A stretch of DNA of 64,000 nucleotides, taken from the NCBI GenBank assembly GCA_030765585.1, contig JAVCCJ010000075.1:37482-101481 (forward strand). Reading direction: 5' to 3'. Source of the stretch: Candidatus Zapsychrus exili. Lineage in GTDB: Bacteria; Omnitrophota; Gorgyraeia; Zapsychrales; Zapsychraceae. The first letter of the stretch is position 1. Every line of letters starts with the position of its first letter. Below, piece by piece: positions 59,920 to 64,000 of the stretch. The notes under the pieces were generated by a model that saw only the letters and a list, made by a program, of their open reading frames with translations, had not been told where the DNA came from and did no database searches. Position numbers and translations under genes: made by a program.

Positions 59920-62307
59920 ATGAATATTAAAACAAAGATAATCAGTATTTTCTTAATTGCATTTTTTCTGTGTATAGCGAGTTCTGTGCATTCTGAAGAA
60001 GAAGTTGTTAGCCGAGATCAAGAAATATCTGAAATATTGCAAGATGTTTATGAGGAAGAGCTTGTTGTGTCTGAAGAAGCTATGTCTTCTTCAGAGTTTG
60101 TAAAATTGTTATGGGAAGCTTCTAGTAAGAGAGACTTGAAAAGAGTAGAGATCTTAGTAAGCGAATGCCTTGCTTTATATGGTCAAGAGGCAAAACTTTT
60201 AGAGGAGCAATTAGAAGGATTTCCTACAAGAGGAGAGGAAGAAAATTATAAATCTTTAAACGATGTTGCGACTTGTCTTTTTATTAGAGCTGAATTTTAT
60301 ATGAATAGTGGAAAAGGCGAAGAAGCGGTTAAGAAATTTCAAGAAATAATTGTTTTATATCGTTGGGCTCAAGCCTGGGATCCTCGTGGCTGGTATTGGT
60401 CTGTTGCAGAAAAGTCTCAAGCCAGTATAGATGTTTTGACAGGAAAGGCGCAAGAAGAAGCAGATAAAGACCAAGAAAAAGTTGATCTCATCTTGCCTAA
60501 TATTGCTACAAAAGGGACGGAAGATATTATAGATTACAGCAAGTATGGAAAGTTTCTTAATGTAGGAAAAGAGAATTATCATTATTCCATAAAAGATCTT
60601 GATGGTCTAAAGCAGGCTTTAGGAGAAGGTATTTATCCTAATACAAGAGATGTTTATAAAAATCCTAGATATAAAGAAGTTAAAAAAGAAGGTCGTTTAA
60701 ATGGAAGCCATTGGGATTTTGTAAACACGTACGATTTGGAAGCTGCTTATTTTAAATGGGTTGCTGCTCCTGATACTTGGGGAGTTAGACTTTTTTATTT
60801 AGGTATGGTATTTGAGAAATCAGGTATGTATTACGAGGCCCTTAAGGCATACCACTCTTTAATAATACATTTTCCAAAGACAATTGGATGGACATATTGG
60901 CAAACCCCTTGGTATCCTGCACAAGCTGCGATAGCAAAAATTAAATATATTATTCGCTCGCATCCAGAGTTGAATGTTAAAGCTAAATGGATGAAGATTG
61001 AAGTTAAGAACGGTTATGATAATGATGACAAGAATGATACTATTGTGACGTATCCTGGAAGAATTTTGCCAAAAGGTATTATTGATAGGGTTAAAGATGC
61101 ATTTAATTTAGAGGAAAGAGTTATTCTAAAGAAGGTAATTAAAAAGGTTGGGAAAGGCAAGGTTAGACTTGTTCAGTATGATAATGGTCATTGGCAACTT
61201 CTAGTAGAAAATAAGCCTTATGTGATAAAAGGCATTACTTATGTGCCTACTAAGGTAGGGCAAAGCCCTGATAAGGGTACGCTTGTTAATTGGATGGAAG
61301 AAGATAGTAATAAAAATGGTAATATTGACGGTCCATTTGATTCGTGGGTTGATAAAAATAAAAATAACGAGCAAGATGAGGACGAGCCAATTGTAGGTGA
61401 TTTTCAACTTATGAAAGAAATGGGAGCAAATACTTTAAGAATTTATCATGTACCTGAAATTCCAAATAAAGAACTTTTAAGGAAGATGTATAAGGATTAT
61501 GGTATTAGAGTTATTATGGGAGATTTTATTGGTAAATATGCTATAGGTTCTGGAGCTAGTTGGACTGAAGGAACAGATTATGAAAATCTTGATCATAAAA
61601 AGAAAATGCTTGAATCTGTGAGGAAAATGGTAATGGAACATAAAGATGAGCCTTACCTTTTAATGTGGCTTTTAGGAAATGAGAATAATTATGGAGTTGC
61701 TTGTAACGCTGATAAAAAACCAGAGGCATATTTTAAATTTGCAGATGAAGTAGCTAAGATGATTAAGAGTATTGACAAAAATCATCCTGTTGCTGTGAAT
61801 AATGGAGATACTCTTTTCCTAGATGTATTTGCTAAAAATTCTCCTAATGTGGATATTTTCTCAGCGAATGTATATAGAGGAAATTATGGTTTTGGTTCTT
61901 TTTGGGAACAAGTTTTTGACGCTAGCGGAAAGCCTGCATTTATAACAGAATATGGTTGCCCTGCATATGCCCCTCATCTAACTTTAGAAGAAGGTGAGGA
62001 AGTTCAAGCCGAGTATCATAAGGGTAATTGGATGGATATTGAAGAAAATTTTGCTGGACGTAGCACAGGAATTGGAAACTCTTTAGGTGGAGTTACGTTT
62101 GAATGGATGGATGAATGGTGGAAAAATTATGAACCTTATATGCATGATAGAAAATCAGATGCTGTAGGTCCTTTTCCAGGTGGGTATTATTTTGAGGAAT
62201 GGTTTGGACTTGTTAGCCAGGGAAAAGGAAGAGAAAGCCCCTTCTTAAGACAGCCTAGAAAAAGCTATTTTACATATAAAGAGCTTTGGAATCGTAACCT
62301 TCCTTAA
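59920..62307 (+). CDS. Secreted clan GH-A glycoside hydrolase (GH2/GH158-like TIM barrel) with N-terminal TPR-like modules
   Basis: Signal peptide; 'GANTLRIY', acid/base 'LGNENN', nucleophile 'ITEYG', 'FEWMDEWWK' and 'EEWFGL' motifs; N-terminal 'WDPRGWYW' module. Confidence 0.8.
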   Translation: MNIKTKIISIFLIAFFLCIASSVHSEEEVVSRDQEISEILQDVYEEELVVSEEAMSSSEFVKLLWEASSKRDLKRVEILVSECLALYGQEAKLLEEQLEGFPTRGEEENYKSLNDVATCLFIRAEFYMNSGKGEEAVKKFQEIIVLYRWAQAWDPRGWYWSVAEKSQASIDVLTGKAQEEADKDQEKVDLILPNIATKGTEDIIDYSKYGKFLNVGKENYHYSIKDLDGLKQALGEGIYPNTRDVYKNPRYKEVKKEGRLNGSHWDFVNTYDLEAAYFKWVAAPDTWGVRLFYLGMVFEKSGMYYEALKAYHSLIIHFPKTIGWTYWQTPWYPAQAAIAKIKYIIRSHPELNVKAKWMKIEVKNGYDNDDKNDTIVTYPGRILPKGIIDRVKDAFNLEERVILKKVIKKVGKGKVRLVQYDNGHWQLLVENKPYVIKGITYVPTKVGQSPDKGTLVNWMEEDSNKNGNIDGPFDSWVDKNKNNEQDEDEPIVGDFQLMKEMGANTLRIYHVPEIPNKELLRKMYKDYGIRVIMGDFIGKYAIGSGASWTEGTDYENLDHKKKMLESVRKMVMEHKDEPYLLMWLLGNENNYGVACNADKKPEAYFKFADEVAKMIKSIDKNHPVAVNNGDTLFLDVFAKNSPNVDIFSANVYRGNYGFGSFWEQVFDASGKPAFITEYGCPAYAPHLTLEEGEEVQAEYHKGNWMDIEENFAGRSTGIGNSLGGVTFEWMDEWWKNYEPYMHDRKSDAVGPFPGGYYFEEWFGLVSQGKGRESPFLRQPRKSYFTYKELWNRNLP

Positions 62308-62410
62308 AAGTTCAAAATTGGCATTTTTCGAAGAAATAGTGTATACTTTATTTTACAATTCTAATATATAATAATATAAGATTAATATTAACATAATAGG
62401 AGGAGAAAGA

Positions 62411-63289
62411 ATGAGAAAGACTTTAACAGTATTTTTGCTGGCAGCTATTTGTTTAGTAGCCCCTAAAATCGCCCTTGCATATAATTTTGGTGATTTTGGA
62501 TCTGCCACTTTGGTTAATAAGGCCTGGCAAGCACATAGTCAAGGAGATGTTGAAGGCGTGTTGGCCTATACAAACAAGTGTCTTGAGCTTTATGCAGAAC
62601 AGGCTCAACAAATGCAAAGTGAGCTTGATAGTTATGTAGAAGGTTCAAATGAAAAGATTTTTGAGAAATGGGCATTGAATGATGTGGCAACTGCTTTGTT
62701 TGTTCAAGCAGAAGCTTATCGTATGGCAGGTATGGCAGAAGAAGCAAGTAAGGTGTACACCAGTATAATTGAGAATTATGCTTATGGGCAAACGTGGGAT
62801 GCAGGCGGATGGTTTTGGAAACCGGCAGAAGCTTCTCGTGATCAATTAAAGATAATTGAGACAGGTTTAGTTTTAGATTTTGGAAATAGTTCTTCTTCAT
62901 TCTTAGTAGGTCAAGCTTGGAAGTCTTTGCATAATAATGCACATGATGCAGTTGTTATTTATGTTAAGAAAGCTTTAGAACTATATGAAGGCGAAGCAAA
63001 AAATATGCAAGATTCTCTGACAGAATATCCTTGGGAATCTAATGATAAAATTCTTACATATTGGGCATTAAATGATATTGGAACTGCTCTTTTTATCTTG
63101 GGCGAATCTTATAAAAAAGTAGAAGACCGAGAAGGAGCTAGAGAGGCATATAAGAAATTAATTAATGATTTTTATTATGCTCAGTGTTGGGATCCTAAAG
63201 GATGGTTTTGGAAACCAGCAGAAGTTGCTCAGCAAGCACTAGAAGATCTAGGCAACCTTCCAGATACAAATCTTGAAAGATTTAAATAA
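62411..63289 (+). CDS. Secreted protein with two TPR-like WDxxGWFWKPAE repeats
   Basis: Signal peptide and two internal repeats of about 130 aa (FGxxxS..LVxxAW...WALNDxxTALF...WDxxGWFWKPAE). Confidence 0.8.
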   Translation: MRKTLTVFLLAAICLVAPKIALAYNFGDFGSATLVNKAWQAHSQGDVEGVLAYTNKCLELYAEQAQQMQSELDSYVEGSNEKIFEKWALNDVATALFVQAEAYRMAGMAEEASKVYTSIIENYAYGQTWDAGGWFWKPAEASRDQLKIIETGLVLDFGNSSSSFLVGQAWKSLHNNAHDAVVIYVKKALELYEGEAKNMQDSLTEYPWESNDKILTYWALNDIGTALFILGESYKKVEDREGAREAYKKLINDFYYAQCWDPKGWFWKPAEVAQQALEDLGNLPDTNLERFK

Positions 63290-63377
63290 TATTTGAAGTT
63301 TTAATTTAACCTAATGTCAATTTTATAATTTTTAAATTGGCATTAGGTAGTTTTGTTTAATAAGGAAAGTTTAATTA

Positions 63378-64000
63378 ATGTTAGTAAAAAAGTTTTTATT
63401 TGTATTAGTTTGTATATGTTTTTTATTTTCAGGGTGTTCAGAGTACAATAAAAGTAAAGAACAATCCCCTGTTGATTTAGATCAAAAATCTCTTTATGTA
63501 TCTGATATAGCAGATGTATTTGATAATAAAATATTGAATGTAAAACAAAAAGATGTCGTTGATTATAGCTCTTTAGAAGAATCAGTTGTATATCAAGAGT
63601 ATGGCGTCGAGCAAACAGCAGGAAATACATTGCAGCAAGCTTTTGAACCTTTTTATGTTTATTATGAAAAAGGTTCTCCTCAAAATCATTATATACCCTC
63701 AGGTTTTATGCCAAACGGAAAATGTCTTTCTTTAAGTGATGGATGGATGTCGGATTGTCATTCTGCGCAGACATGTATAAAGGTAGAGTATGATTTACAA
63801 TGTTCAAGACAGGATCAAAGATGGGCAGGAATTTATTGGTTAAATCCAGCAAATAATTGGGGAGGCCGAAAAGGTGGATTTAATCTGACTGGTGCAGAGA
63901 AATTAGTTTTTTGGGCAAAGGGAAATAAAGGCGGAGAGCAGATAAACGAAGTTATAGTCGGTGGAATTTCTGGAGATTATCCTGATTCAGATAAAACTTG
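63378..64000 (+). CDS. Lipoprotein with carbohydrate-binding-module-like beta-sandwich (3' truncated by the window)
   Basis: Hand translation: MLVKKFLFVLVCICFLFSGC...FYVYYEKGSPQNHYIPSGFMP...WAGIYWLNPANNWGGRKGGFNLTGAEKLVFWAKGNKGGE. The frame is open to the window end and is not in the ORF track. Confidence 0.75.
   Translation, partial: MLVKKFLFVLVCICFLFSGCSEYNKSKEQSPVDLDQKSLYVSDIADVFDNKILNVKQKDVVDYSSLEESVVYQEYGVEQTAGNTLQQAFEPFYVYYEKGSPQNHYIPSGFMPNGKCLSLSDGWMSDCHSAQTCIKVEYDLQCSRQDQRWAGIYWLNPANNWGGRKGGFNLTGAEKLVFWAKGNKGGEQINEVIVGGISGDYPDSDKT

Noticed and set aside
63343-63630. 95-aa minus-strand ORF
   Set aside because: It is antisense to the real lipoprotein gene starting at 63378, which the track omitted because it runs off the window.

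Overview
This AT-rich bacterial chromosomal segment has almost all genes on the + strand; only uppP and a CvpA-family gene are on the - strand. Gene content suggests a PVC-group organism, possibly Ca. Omnitrophota (inference only). Housekeeping genes include rsmE, uppP, trmB, a divergent rpmA, glmS, rsmI, a PyrR-attenuated pyr operon, an E-X-A-B-D-I-K V/A-type ATPase with Na+-type c-ring ligands, tRNA-Val and tRNA-Asp, pabB/pabC, era, nnrE, nth, purH, folC, mnmE, and an rpsU missed by the ORF track. Five features stand out. (1) A 276-bp element with perfect 19-bp terminal inverted repeats carries only a decayed GIY-YIG nuclease gene, and several families of intergenic palindromic elements, some nested, occur elsewhere. 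(2) A PilZ-TM-coiled-coil-(alpha/alpha)-glycosidase-like fusion protein is present. (3) A PilZ-headed beta-glucan locus encodes a GH94 phosphorylase, ABC components, a GH-A hydrolase, a WDPxGWFW-repeat protein and a CBM-like lipoprotein. (4) An ATP-grasp ligase is paired with KamA. (5) Three otherwise intact genes each carry a single lesion. All product calls come from motif recognition by eye, not from database searches.
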